Shown here: positions 28,172 through 36,386 of the stretch, one piece after another | Layout: every line of letters starts with the position of its first letter | Numbering within the stretch: the stretch's first letter is position 1 | Source of the DNA: a virus | Lineage: Duplodnaviria > Caudoviricetes | Strand: one strand, 5' to 3' | Length of the DNA: 43,158 nt | IMG/VR virus record: IMGVR_UViG_3300024040_000024 | Coordinates: 1-43,158 of that record | Position numbers and translations under genes: made by a program | Notes under the pieces: model-generated | Seen by the model: the letters and a program-made list of their open reading frames with translations, nothing else | What the model was told of the DNA's origin: nothing | The model's database searches: none

Positions 28172-28282
28172 TCATCGGGCCAGCCCCCCCCCAGGCGGGT
28201 CCAGGGGCATCACCCAAAACCACGGGTCCTGCGCGGCGATCATGCGGTAATGGTTCTGGCCATCGTTCAGTATCTGGCTCAT
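28172..28282 (-). CDS. small ORF (36 aa) spanning a G9 tract; may be the 5' half of a split gene continuing to 28107
   Basis: ATGA-coupled to the upstream MTase; hand-translated MSQILNDGQNHYRMIAAQDPWFWV... Confidence 0.4.
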   Translation of the reverse strand: MSQILNDGQNHYRMIAAQDPWFWVMPLDPPGGGLAR

Positions 28283-29256
28283 GCCACCCCCAGTTCCAGC
28301 ATGGCGCTGTTTTCCGAGGCATTGACCAGATGCTTGATCGCCTGTTTGTAATAGGGCGGGTTCAGTTCCGTGCCGATGAATTTCCGCCCGGCCTTCAGCG
28401 CCGCATAGCCTTCCGAGCCGATACCGGTGAATGGCGAAAACACCACATCATCGGCATTCGACCACATGCGCACGGCCCGGTCGGTCAGATCGATCGGCAT
28501 TGGGCAAAGATGGCGTTCGGCCTCCGGATCTGTCTGGCCCGAATTCAGCACCTTCATCGGATTGGTATCCATCCACACCGGCGATGCCCAGTTCTGCCAG
28601 ATATCCAGCGCCTCGAAATATTCTTTCTCGAACCGGCCCTGCGCCTGATGGCCGCGCTGCACGAACTGCGCCCCTTCACCGGCCCATTCCCGCCATTTGA
28701 GATAGTCGTGCATCACTGGATCGGCCTGCTGGGCCTCGTCATCCCACTTGCGGAAGACGATCAGATATTCCGGCATCCCCACGCGGACACGCCCGGCATC
28801 GGCGCGGAAATTCTTGTAGAGCAGCCCGTCCGGCTTGGTCTTCTTCTGCTCCTTCACCGGGCAGCGCCAGATAGTCACCCGGCAATGCAGCGTCCACCCC
28901 GCCTCGATATGTGTGCGAATGCAATCGTCACTGAATGGATAAACGCCCCGATCGCCTTTCTCCGAGGCATTGGAATAATAGACGGTATCCTTGACATGGA
29001 TCGCCGTCAGCCGCCCCGGCCGGGTGATGCGCAGCTTCTCGCGCACCAGATGACGGTACATCGCCTGAAATTCGGCGTGATCCGACACATTGCCCATATC
29101 GCGCTCGGATTCGGAGTAGATATAGAGATTGGCGAAGGGCGGCGAATAGACGCTGAAATCGATGCTGTTATCCGGCAGTCCGGCGGCGAATTCCACGCAG
29201 TCGGCATTATACAGGCTGAACTGATCGGTGACATGCTGGTTCAGAACATGAAGCAT
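28279..29256 (-). CDS. N6-adenine/N4-cytosine DNA methyltransferase
   Basis: SPPF catalytic motif, HLCPMP, FSPFTGIGS SAM-binding motif and GRKFIGTEL. Confidence 0.9.
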   Translation of the reverse strand: MLHVLNQHVTDQFSLYNADCVEFAAGLPDNSIDFSVYSPPFANLYIYSESERDMGNVSDHAEFQAMYRHLVREKLRITRPGRLTAIHVKDTVYYSNASEKGDRGVYPFSDDCIRTHIEAGWTLHCRVTIWRCPVKEQKKTKPDGLLYKNFRADAGRVRVGMPEYLIVFRKWDDEAQQADPVMHDYLKWREWAGEGAQFVQRGHQAQGRFEKEYFEALDIWQNWASPVWMDTNPMKVLNSGQTDPEAERHLCPMPIDLTDRAVRMWSNADDVVFSPFTGIGSEGYAALKAGRKFIGTELNPPYYKQAIKHLVNASENSAMLELGVA

Positions 29257-30677
29257 CAGGCGCTCCTCCTCAGAAAATCGGGCAACCGCGCCGGCAGATC
29301 GGGCAGGTAATCCATGCGGGTTTGCTTGGTGACGGCGGCGCGCTTCATCGCCTCGGCCATCGCCGCATTCATGCGGTCGTGGCCCTGGGCCTTGCGCGTC
29401 ATCACCGCGTATTGGTTGGCCTCGGCTTCAGAGCCGAAGATATGGGCATCGACCGGCCGCGCCTGGCCGAACCGCCAGAAACGCCGCAGCGCCTGGTAGT
29501 ACATCTCGTATTTATAGGTGTAGCCGCAGAAGGCGGTGCGGGCGCAGTGCTGCCAGTTCATGCCGAAACCGGCGATCTCCGGCTTGGTGACGATCTGGCG
29601 CGCCTGCCCCGTCGAGAAGGCTTCCAGCTTCTCTTCTTTTTCATCGGCCGGCATATCGCCGCGCACCTCCACGGCGCCGGGCAGCATCGCCATCAGCGCA
29701 TCGGCCTCGTAATTGGTATCGCACCAGATGCCCCAGGCCTCGTCCGGCTCGGCACAGACCCGTCCCGCCAGCGCCTCGGCCCGCGCCATGACCGACCGCC
29801 GCTTTTCGCCGTGGATCGAGGTGGCGGACGTATCGGGCAGGCGGAACATGCGCATCTGTCCGTCGCGCTCCGCACCGGCGTCGAGCGTCAGGTCCGAACC
29901 GACCACATGGCGATGCACGGTCAGGTCCGGCAGAATATAGCCGTCATCGGAATAGCCGAGATCGGACGGCGTGCGGGCGCAGCGCGCCCAACTGGCCACC
30001 CAGTCCCAGAAGGCGTTATAGGCCCCGCGCTTGATCTTGTAGCGGCCCATGTTCTTCTGATCGGCCACGAACCAGCGCGTCAGCATCTCATTCGATGACA
30101 TCACGCCCAAAAACGCCGAGTGCTGCCCCAGTTCCATATAGTCGTTCGGCGCCGGCGTGGCGGTCGCCGCCAGGCGGAATTTCAGCCCGGCAAAGCGCTT
30201 GATCAAAGCCTTCGAGGTCGCGCCGGTAAAGGATTTGAGGATCGAGCTTTCATCCAGCGCCACGCCGCCGAAATCGATATCGGCGAAGAGATGCAGCCGG
30301 TCATAGTTGATGATGTAGATGCGCGGCCCGCTGATCTCGGCAGGCTGACGGATCACCCTGGCGTCGATCCCCCATTTGGCGGCTTCGCGCTCATGCTGTT
30401 TCGTCACCCCCAGCGGCGCGGGCAGTAGAAAAGGCTTGTTGGTGTGCTCGACCACGACCCGGCCATATTCCAGTTCACAGAAAGATTTCCCCAGGCCGGT
30501 ATCGAGAAACAGCCCGGCCCGCCCGCGCTCCAGGGCGAAGGCGGTCGAATGCTGCTGATGCCCGTTCAGCTTCGGGTGCAGCGCCGGCACGGATTTCAGG
30601 CCCGCCGGCTGGAATTCGGTTTTCTTGCCGGCAATCAGCGCGCGGTAATCGTGCAGGGGATGGTTCATACGATCCAC
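29256..30677 (-). CDS. SNF2-like helicase
   Basis: DTGLGKS, LDESS, TATPAPND, GFGMNWQ and RRFWRFGQ motifs. Confidence 0.9.
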   Translation of the reverse strand: MDRMNHPLHDYRALIAGKKTEFQPAGLKSVPALHPKLNGHQQHSTAFALERGRAGLFLDTGLGKSFCELEYGRVVVEHTNKPFLLPAPLGVTKQHEREAAKWGIDARVIRQPAEISGPRIYIINYDRLHLFADIDFGGVALDESSILKSFTGATSKALIKRFAGLKFRLAATATPAPNDYMELGQHSAFLGVMSSNEMLTRWFVADQKNMGRYKIKRGAYNAFWDWVASWARCARTPSDLGYSDDGYILPDLTVHRHVVGSDLTLDAGAERDGQMRMFRLPDTSATSIHGEKRRSVMARAEALAGRVCAEPDEAWGIWCDTNYEADALMAMLPGAVEVRGDMPADEKEEKLEAFSTGQARQIVTKPEIAGFGMNWQHCARTAFCGYTYKYEMYYQALRRFWRFGQARPVDAHIFGSEAEANQYAVMTRKAQGHDRMNAAMAEAMKRAAVTKQTRMDYLPDLPARLPDFLRRSA

Positions 30678-30898
30678 CCCAGTTCAAAAAGCTGCGCCCG
30701 TCTCCGGCGGCCGAATTCCATGCGCACGCCGTCATCCAGCCAGCCGGCATGACGGCGCGCCCCGGCCATGCCGCGCAGATCGAAGGCATCGCACAGCGCC
30801 TGAATATCCATTTCCTCGCGCATCCGGCCAAGATCGCGCGCCATGCCGGCGGCGGCGGGCGTCAGGTGCAGGGGCGCGGCGACCGTCAGACTATCCAC
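30665..30898 (-). CDS. hypothetical protein
   Basis: 77 aa, tightly packed in the operon. Confidence 0.55.
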   Translation of the reverse strand: MDSLTVAAPLHLTPAAAGMARDLGRMREEMDIQALCDAFDLRGMAGARRHAGWLDDGVRMEFGRRRRAQLFELGWIV

Positions 30899-31229
30899 GG
30901 CTGACCTCCCCGGCGCGGACCACGGCCCAGCCGTCGCAGCGCTTGCCGACCTCGCCCGCCAGGCGGTGCAGATCGGGAAAATAGGCCGCGCGCCGCGGAC
31001 TGTCGCAGGCCAGCAGCGCCACCTCGATCAGCCGCACACAGACATTGCCCGCCCCCAGTGGCCCGAAGACGGTCAGCTTGCGCGCCGCCTCGGCCTTGTC
31101 TTTCAGGCTGGCCATATCGTGGCTCTGGCCGGTGGCCACCCGCCCGGCATGATCCGCCAGCGCCCGCCAGCCGATAACCTCGGCGCTGACCGGCTGATAG
31201 GATTTGGTGGCGTTGGCGCTATAGCCCAT
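30891..31229 (-). CDS. hypothetical protein
   Basis: 112 aa with GGAGG RBS, tightly packed. Confidence 0.6.
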   Translation of the reverse strand: MGYSANATKSYQPVSAEVIGWRALADHAGRVATGQSHDMASLKDKAEAARKLTVFGPLGAGNVCVRLIEVALLACDSPRRAAYFPDLHRLAGEVGKRCDGWAVVRAGEVSRG

Positions 31230-31863
31230 TATACCGCCTCCCGATCTGATCGAGCGAAGGCCGGCGCTGTTTCACCGCCGCCGGCCTCATGCCCCTGGTG
31301 TTCATCTTCGGTGTTGGCGCGGCCGCCACTACCTTGTGCTCTGCGCACCACGCGTCAAACCGCCCGCGCGGCCCACGGGCGCACGGACAACCACAAAACA
31401 GCGGCGCCGGTGCATTGGCGGCGCTGACCACCATACGGCATTGCCCGGCCCGCAGGTCGAGCAGCCCCACCGGCGGCCGATCCGCCACGGCCGGAACCTG
31501 CAAATCGTTGCCGTCCGGCCCGCTGACACGCGGCTCCATCCGCCCACGCGAACTGAGCGCCTGATAGGGCGTCTGCGGTGTATGGATCAGCCGTGGCTTC
31601 ATCCCCAGCCCCATGCCGGCCGTGCGGGGTTTCGGCTTGGGCGTCACCGCCTTTACACGCGCCGAAACCTGCCAGCCCTTGCGATGGATGACACTGATCA
31701 CGGCATTGCGCGTCTTCATGATGCCCAGATCGGCGCGCAGCCTGTTGGCAATCTGCGCCGCCGATAAATTGGCCGCCTCGCGCCGGACCAGTTCGAGCGC
31801 GTCCGGCGTCCAGGTCGATGTACCGTTATTCGACCGGCCATCCGGTCCCGTGTTTCCCGTCAT
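31219..31863 (-). CDS. gcrA: GcrA-family cell-cycle regulator homologue
   Basis: WT.....SAAQIA..L...TRNAVI..HR N-terminus; LLDL..GQCR...FCG.P...WCAEH C-terminus; start placed at ATG 31863. Confidence 0.85.
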   Translation of the reverse strand: MTGNTGPDGRSNNGTSTWTPDALELVRREAANLSAAQIANRLRADLGIMKTRNAVISVIHRKGWQVSARVKAVTPKPKPRTAGMGLGMKPRLIHTPQTPYQALSSRGRMEPRVSGPDGNDLQVPAVADRPPVGLLDLRAGQCRMVVSAANAPAPLFCGCPCARGPRGRFDAWCAEHKVVAAAPTPKMNTRGMRPAAVKQRRPSLDQIGRRYNGL

Positions 31864-32330
31864 CAGGCCCCTCCGGCGTGATTCAGTTTGACCAGCAGCG
31901 CCTGAAACGCGCCGATGGCGTCGATGATTTCCCGGCTGGCCAGGGCGCGTTCGTTCGGCGTCATCGCGCCGTCCGCCAGCCCCGCCATGATCGCGGTCAC
32001 GGCCTCGCCGGTTTCGCGCAGGGCGTTCCCCACCTGCGCCTGCACGTCCGGCTCCGGCGCCGAGGCCGCGCGCGCCACGGGCACCAGTTGCAGACCGAGC
32101 ATCGCCGCCAGATCGTCGGCGAAGACGCGCACCCCCGAATGAGTCAGGGCGCGCACCGTCTTGTAAGAGGTATCGACGGCATGGCGGCCTTCCAGATAAG
32201 GATTGGTCGAATCGCGCAGCCGCTTTTCCGGCAGGCCGGTGATAATGGCCGCGTCCGCCAGCCCGCCCGCCTGCGCGATGGCCCGCTCGACCACCCCATG
32301 CAGACTCATCGGATCGCGCAGGATCGTCAT
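31863..32330 (-). CDS. CII-family phage regulatory protein
   Basis: HTH-like N-terminus and ETGEA....LADG.MTP.ER...EI pattern; position downstream of cro. Confidence 0.65.
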   Translation of the reverse strand: MTILRDPMSLHGVVERAIAQAGGLADAAIITGLPEKRLRDSTNPYLEGRHAVDTSYKTVRALTHSGVRVFADDLAAMLGLQLVPVARAASAPEPDVQAQVGNALRETGEAVTAIMAGLADGAMTPNERALASREIIDAIGAFQALLVKLNHAGGA

Positions 32331-32977
32331 CGCGCGCCTCCATCGGATGAATGGCCCGTGCCGGCGTCAGGCCCACCGGCACGGGTTGCTTCTCCTTCAC
32401 AACCCGGAGTAGGGTTGCGGTTCTGACACACAGGAGAATGGGAATGGATATCGTTACGATCGGCGGGGCGCTGAGTAGCGCCAACACGGCCTTCAACATA
32501 ATCAGGACAGCCGTTGGCGCGACCGCCAAAGCCGAAACAACCGCCGCTGTAACCAGCCTGAATGACGCCTTGCTTCGCGCCTCCCAGGCCGCGCTGATTC
32601 TGCAGGAAAAGATCGTAGCGCTCGAGAGCGAGAAAGCGCAGCTTGAAAAGGAAATTGCACGCCTCAAACGTACACATCACCATTTCGAAGATTATCGGCT
32701 TCGCGATGTCGAAACCGGGGCGTTTGTGTATGCGTACGAGCCAGCCGTGAAAGGCGACAGGGCCGACGCACAGCCACCGAAGCCACCGCACTGGCTCTGC
32801 GTGCCATGCTTTGAGGACGGTTACACGAGCATCCTGCAACTTTCGGAAGGCAAGACGGATATATTCCGGCACGTCTTCTATCGATGCCCGAAGTGTCACA
32901 AAGCGATTTCCGTGGACATCGAAACAACACCTGCCGGCATAAAACCGCTTCGGGAATTTTAATTCGCCGCGGCTCAT
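32327..32977 (-). CDS. carrier ORF (216 aa) linking cro to cII across an antisense gene
   Basis: starts ATGAGCCGCG overlapping the cro stop, ends ATGA-overlapping cII, no stop across the + strand gene. Confidence 0.4.
   Translation of the reverse strand: MSRGELKFPKRFYAGRCCFDVHGNRFVTLRASIEDVPEYIRLAFRKLQDARVTVLKAWHAEPVRWLRWLCVGPVAFHGWLVRIHKRPGFDIAKPIIFEMVMCTFEACNFLFKLRFLALERYDLFLQNQRGLGGAKQGVIQAGYSGGCFGFGGRANGCPDYVEGRVGATQRPADRNDIHSHSPVCQNRNPTPGCEGEATRAGGPDAGTGHSSDGGAR
32355..32449 (+). promoter_or_regulatory. hairpin plus sigma70-like promoter plus RBS module, copy A
   Basis: CCCGTGCCGG..CCGGCACGGG stem, TTGCTT-18-TAGGGT, AGGAGA, ATG; 80/95 identical to the reverse complement of 36677-36771. 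Confidence 0.75.
32444..32962 (+). CDS. antisense accessory (moron) protein: coiled coil plus Zn ribbon
   Basis: own RBS; coiled coil; HWLCVPCF...SILQ...CPKC. Confidence 0.8.
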   Translation: MDIVTIGGALSSANTAFNIIRTAVGATAKAETTAAVTSLNDALLRASQAALILQEKIVALESEKAQLEKEIARLKRTHHHFEDYRLRDVETGAFVYAYEPAVKGDRADAQPPKPPHWLCVPCFEDGYTSILQLSEGKTDIFRHVFYRCPKCHKAISVDIETTPAGIKPLREF

Positions 32978-33270
32978 CTCCCACCGCCAATCGGCTCGCC
33001 CGCCGGTTGCCCGACAAGTGCCGCCGATTTGTCGGTAGGATCGCACCCGCCAATGGGCGAAGATGCGGGGATGAGATCAGAAGGCAACTCTATGAGACTA
33101 AGTTCTTCAACCGCGCGAGAAAAACGACGCGTCGCAACGTCAGCTCCCGCATGAAGCTGATCAAGCCGCGTACCGCTGCCGAAGAGGCGCTTTGATATGG
33201 TGGATCGCGTCCAACCTTTCATTGCCGCAACGGCATCTGCACGGTGCAAAAATTCGTCCATGGTCATCAT
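32974..33270 (-). CDS. cro: Cro-like repressor
   Basis: small HTH (STISKRLFGSGTRL) divergent from cI; ATG 33270 is near the predicted TSS, so possibly leaderless. Confidence 0.7.
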   Translation of the reverse strand: MMTMDEFLHRADAVAAMKGWTRSTISKRLFGSGTRLDQLHAGADVATRRFSRAVEELSLIELPSDLIPASSPIGGCDPTDKSAALVGQPAGEPIGGGR

Positions 33271-33277
33271 GCAATGG

Positions 33278-33356
33278 AGCATAATTGTGAAACTTCACAC
33301 TTGTCAATGTGAAACTTCTCAGGTGCCGTTACCATTGTGCGGTGTTAAGTTTCACA
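33278..33356. promoter_or_regulatory. OR operator region with pR
   Basis: TGTGAAACTTCACA 33286-33299, TGTGAAACTTCTCA 33308-33321 and TGTTAAGTTTCACA 33343-33356; minus strand TTGACA-18-TATGCT. Confidence 0.85.
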
Positions 33357-33358
33357 CA

Positions 33359-34036
33359 ATGAACTTTGGCGAACGCTTAAACACCCTGATGACAGTACGC
33401 GGCTTCAATCAGAATTCGCTCGCAAAGGCTTGCGGTTTTGGCGAAACAGCAATTCGGGATTTGATTAAGGGCACGGCAAAAGAGCCGCTTGGGAGCCGTT
33501 TGTATAAAATTGCATCAGTGCTGGACGTGAGAATGGAAGACATTCTTGGCGAGCCTCGACTTGTTGCCGATATGGACGGAACCGAATATAATGAGGAACC
33601 TGTAGAAGAGACGTCCCGTGATATTGTGTTAATTCCGGAATATGACGTTCAATTGGCTGCGGGGGCGGGGACATATGCCAATGGCGATGTAATTAAGGAC
33701 ACTTGGCCGTTTTCACGACGCTTTCTTAATTCTGCAATACGAGGAAATGTTGATCAATTGTCGGTCGTAGAAGTGGTCGGCGACAGCATGACACCAATTC
33801 TGCAACCGCAAGACCGTATTATTGTAAATCATTCTGATACAAACCCGTCACCGCCCGGCATATTTGCACTTTGGGATGGCTATGGCCTCGTGGTGAAAAA
33901 AGTACAGCGTATTCACAAATCAGATCCTGAAAAAATTATGTTGATTTCGGAAAACTCTTCCTACCCTGCGTATGAAGTATTGGTTGACGAAGTAACGATA
34001 ATTGGTCGTGTCGTCTGGTTTTCAAGAAAAATGTAA
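33359..34036 (+). CDS. cI: CI-like repressor (XRE HTH plus S24 peptidase)
   Basis: NQNSLAKACG HTH, AAGAG cleavage site, GDSM and VVKK catalytic motifs, IIGRVVW. Confidence 0.92.
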   Translation: MNFGERLNTLMTVRGFNQNSLAKACGFGETAIRDLIKGTAKEPLGSRLYKIASVLDVRMEDILGEPRLVADMDGTEYNEEPVEETSRDIVLIPEYDVQLAAGAGTYANGDVIKDTWPFSRRFLNSAIRGNVDQLSVVEVVGDSMTPILQPQDRIIVNHSDTNPSPPGIFALWDGYGLVVKKVQRIHKSDPEKIMLISENSSYPAYEVLVDEVTIIGRVVWFSRKM

Positions 34037-34064
34037 TGTTTTTCTTTTAGAGGGGGAGAATCTT

Positions 34065-34451
34065 ATGCAATTTAGATATGTTTTTGCGTCTATTATTTTT
34101 ATAGGCACTTCGTCCTGCGCCGTGACGCCTCAAACCTCTTTGTCTACTTTGAATACATCTGACCCCAAGTATGCCTCAGAGGAATGCTTGCAAGGTCGAA
34201 ATATAGCCATGAAATATGATAACAAAACCCTAGTGAGGGGTAGCCTCGATATCGCAACATTTCTTGCGGGTCCGATCGCCACGGGTGCTTATAGTCTTAC
34301 AGATGCTGGCCACGTCAAGGATCGTCAAGCAATCATCGAGGAGGTGAAGCGTAGGTGCATAACAAATTACGGTACACCTGATTATAATGCTACCAAGGAT
34401 AGCCGTAGGTGCGAAGAAAAAGACGGGAAAGTTCAATGCGAAGCGCTTTAA
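34065..34451 (+). CDS. putative lipoprotein (accessory)
   Basis: GGGGGAG RBS, signal peptide ending TSSC, low GC. Confidence 0.65.
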   Translation: MQFRYVFASIIFIGTSSCAVTPQTSLSTLNTSDPKYASEECLQGRNIAMKYDNKTLVRGSLDIATFLAGPIATGAYSLTDAGHVKDRQAIIEEVKRRCITNYGTPDYNATKDSRRCEEKDGKVQCEAL

Positions 34452-34834
34452 TTGCGATCTTGCTTCTCGCGGTCACATCCACAACTTCTCAAGCTGAAAC
34501 CCATTCAATGTTTTCGTATAATGGGGGGCGGTTTCCTGTGATTGTTGACGGCTTAAAGTTCATAGTGGTGCCTCACAAAAAATACGACACTCTTATGATG
34601 CAGGCCGCTTTAAGTTCACCAGCTGGTGCGGATACGCCCATCGAAACCTGGCGGCGCGTTGCAGAGGCTTTTGTCCAGCCTGTAGGCTGCGGCATTTCCA
34701 GTGTAGAGGCCATAACTAAAATGGGCGCGACATGGGAAGCAACCTATATTTGTCCGGCCGGTGTGGATTTACATGGCCTTATAAAGGCTCAAAAAGTTAG
34801 CCTAAAGAATGGCTTACCGCTTACCTCTCATTAA
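34436..34834 (+). CDS. putative secreted/periplasmic accessory protein
   Basis: signal peptide MRSALIAILLLAVTSTTSQA; two Cys. Confidence 0.65.
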   Translation: MRSALIAILLLAVTSTTSQAETHSMFSYNGGRFPVIVDGLKFIVVPHKKYDTLMMQAALSSPAGADTPIETWRRVAEAFVQPVGCGISSVEAITKMGATWEATYICPAGVDLHGLIKAQKVSLKNGLPLTSH

Positions 34835-34887
34835 ACCATGGTGATGGCACAACCGTCTGCCAATTCCGTAAATTGTTGGAGCGTAGT

Positions 34888-35322
34888 ATGGGCTTATTGT
34901 CGTTATTGTTTGGGCGAAGACGCAACTCTAATAAAGGGTCTTTATTGATTCGCGGCGAGGGAGATTTTCTTTTCGAGATCGTTGGCGAACGAAATTATCA
35001 AGAAATCCTAGATGCTGTTTGCGGCGGCAAATGCACAGACGGTCATGAAAAACTTATTGCGGTGACGCTTATACCTGAGCCAACAAACCCACACGACCGC
35101 AATGCCGTCAAAGTCGATATGGCGGGCCATACAGTGGGTTACCTATCACGCGCCGATGCGAGAGATTATCTGGCAGAATTGACTGCTGCTGGATATGCGG
35201 GATTTGAAGCACAATGTCGCGCGCATATCGTAGGTGGCTGGAAAGACGCACGAAGCGAAGGCCATTATGGCGTTAAACTCGATATAGAAATGCCACCGGA
35301 CTTTGTTTTTGCACCTGATTAA
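34888..35322 (+). CDS. HIRAN-domain-like protein
   Basis: IVGERNYQ, LIPEPTNPHDRNAVKV and VGYLSR motifs. Confidence 0.8.
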   Translation: MGLLSLLFGRRRNSNKGSLLIRGEGDFLFEIVGERNYQEILDAVCGGKCTDGHEKLIAVTLIPEPTNPHDRNAVKVDMAGHTVGYLSRADARDYLAELTAAGYAGFEAQCRAHIVGGWKDARSEGHYGVKLDIEMPPDFVFAPD

Positions 35323-35332
35323 ATAGCGCGAT

Positions 35333-35382
35333 TGTGAAATTTCACATTTTATATTGACTATTGTGAAAGTTCACAATAGCTT
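35333..35382 (+). promoter_or_regulatory. OL operators with pL
   Basis: perfect palindrome TGTGAAATTTCACA 35333-35346 and TGTGAAAGTTCACA 35362-35375; TTGACT-17-TAGCTT. Confidence 0.85.
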
Positions 35383-35415
35383 TCTCCCCACACACCCACC
35401 AACGGGAGTTTGGGG

Positions 35416-35931
35416 ATGCCCTTCGAAACCGCCTTACAGACTGATATCTCGCCGTTTCAGCGCTGGCTGGATAGCTGCACCCACCATGGCGATGGTGCGG
35501 TCGGGCATAGCGTAGCGACCGTCGATCTCTACCTCAGCTACAAATCCTTCATGGTCGGGGCCGGTCATCGGGACTGGATGAGTTTCAAGGTCTTCGGCCT
35601 CGCCCTCTCACAGCATCAGGTTCGCCACGCCGGACTGCAACCCGAAACCGGCCTCCATTTGCGCGGCCCGATCAGATTTCTTTTTAGTGAAGCAAGGCGC
35701 CCGCGCGATATATCACCGTCAACGTACCGTCTGCCGATCGACGAGCGTCGGCAGATAAGTGAGCGGTTAAGGCAGCGTGAACGGCAGGAGGGGCTTTATC
35801 TGACAGCCGATACGAAAGTATCACGGGCATTGATTGACCTCATTTGTGAAGTGGTGGAAACGAACCTTCTCCATGTCGCCAGACGGCAACAAGCCACGCC
35901 CGCCGCAAAAACGGAAGGCGGTGCGCAATGA
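35416..35931 (+). CDS. stand-alone primase-C-terminal-like winged-helix protein
   Basis: N-terminal ~85 aa align by eye with the C-terminus of the 24639-26243 product (SPF..WL, DL...YK, K.FG.ALSQ.Q.R.AG, RGPIR). Confidence 0.75.
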   Translation: MPFETALQTDISPFQRWLDSCTHHGDGAVGHSVATVDLYLSYKSFMVGAGHRDWMSFKVFGLALSQHQVRHAGLQPETGLHLRGPIRFLFSEARRPRDISPSTYRLPIDERRQISERLRQRERQEGLYLTADTKVSRALIDLICEVVETNLLHVARRQQATPAAKTEGGAQ

Positions 35932-35938
35932 GCCGCGT
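35895..35938 (+). repeat. 44-bp gene-junction direct repeat, copy 1
   Basis: CACGCCCGCCGC-N5-CGGAAGGCGGTGCGCAATGAGCCGCGT; 39/44 identical to 36350-36393. Confidence 0.9.
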
Positions 35939-36386
35939 GCGGCCCAATATGGCGTCCGTCAGCAAGCTGGCCTCAGATACCGGCCTGAGCATTGAAGACG
36001 CCGGCTTTCTCCTGTCGCGCGCCATCAACGCGCGCGGCGATGCGCGTGAATTCGATGTCTGGACGATGCGGCCTGTCGAGGCTATCGCCGAGGGTGCAAC
36101 AGTTGAAGAATCTGCTTCACATCAACCAGTGAATCGTAAGCCCGGTCAGGCACGTCCGGATGATTATTCAACTCCAGGTACATCAGATCTAGCACTGAAT
36201 TCGCCTGCTCAAGTGCTTCTGGTGTTACGCGCTGCGCAACAATTTCTCGCAATTCATGAAGCGCGTCTTCTGGAAGGCGCAACGGCGGCTGAACTTTGCG
36301 CATATGTCGATATCCTTTTGGCGGCCAACAATTTGGCCACGAACGCTATCACGCCCGCCGCCCCGGCGGAAGGCGGTGCGCAATGA
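35928..36386 (+). CDS. hypothetical/carrier ORF enclosing an antisense gene
   Basis: starts ATGAGCCGCG; ATGA-coupled at both ends. Confidence 0.55.
   Translation: MSRVRPNMASVSKLASDTGLSIEDAGFLLSRAINARGDAREFDVWTMRPVEAIAEGATVEESASHQPVNRKPGQARPDDYSTPGTSDLALNSPAQVLLVLRAAQQFLAIHEARLLEGATAAELCAYVDILLAANNLATNAITPAAPAEGGAQ
36082..36303 (-). CDS. nested antisense small helical protein (73 aa)
   Basis: AAAGGA RBS; possible extended -10 TGaTAGCGT upstream; amphipathic helical composition. Confidence 0.55.
   Translation of the reverse strand: MRKVQPPLRLPEDALHELREIVAQRVTPEALEQANSVLDLMYLELNNHPDVPDRAYDSLVDVKQILQLLHPRR

Noticed and set aside
5738-29310. Long plus-strand ORFs (5738-6985, 8622-9881, 21254-22699, 24924-26255, 27928-29310)
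   Set aside because: Shadow ORFs typical of high-GC genes; unlike the early cassettes they lack RBS/promoter modules and coupling
31864-32667. N-terminal extension of the 482-aa ORF 31219-32667
   Set aside because: Overlaps cII in another frame; the GcrA-like sequence starts at 31863 behind a GGAGGG RBS
33197-33358. Extended cI start
   Set aside because: Runs through cro and the operators; the HTH domain begins at 33359
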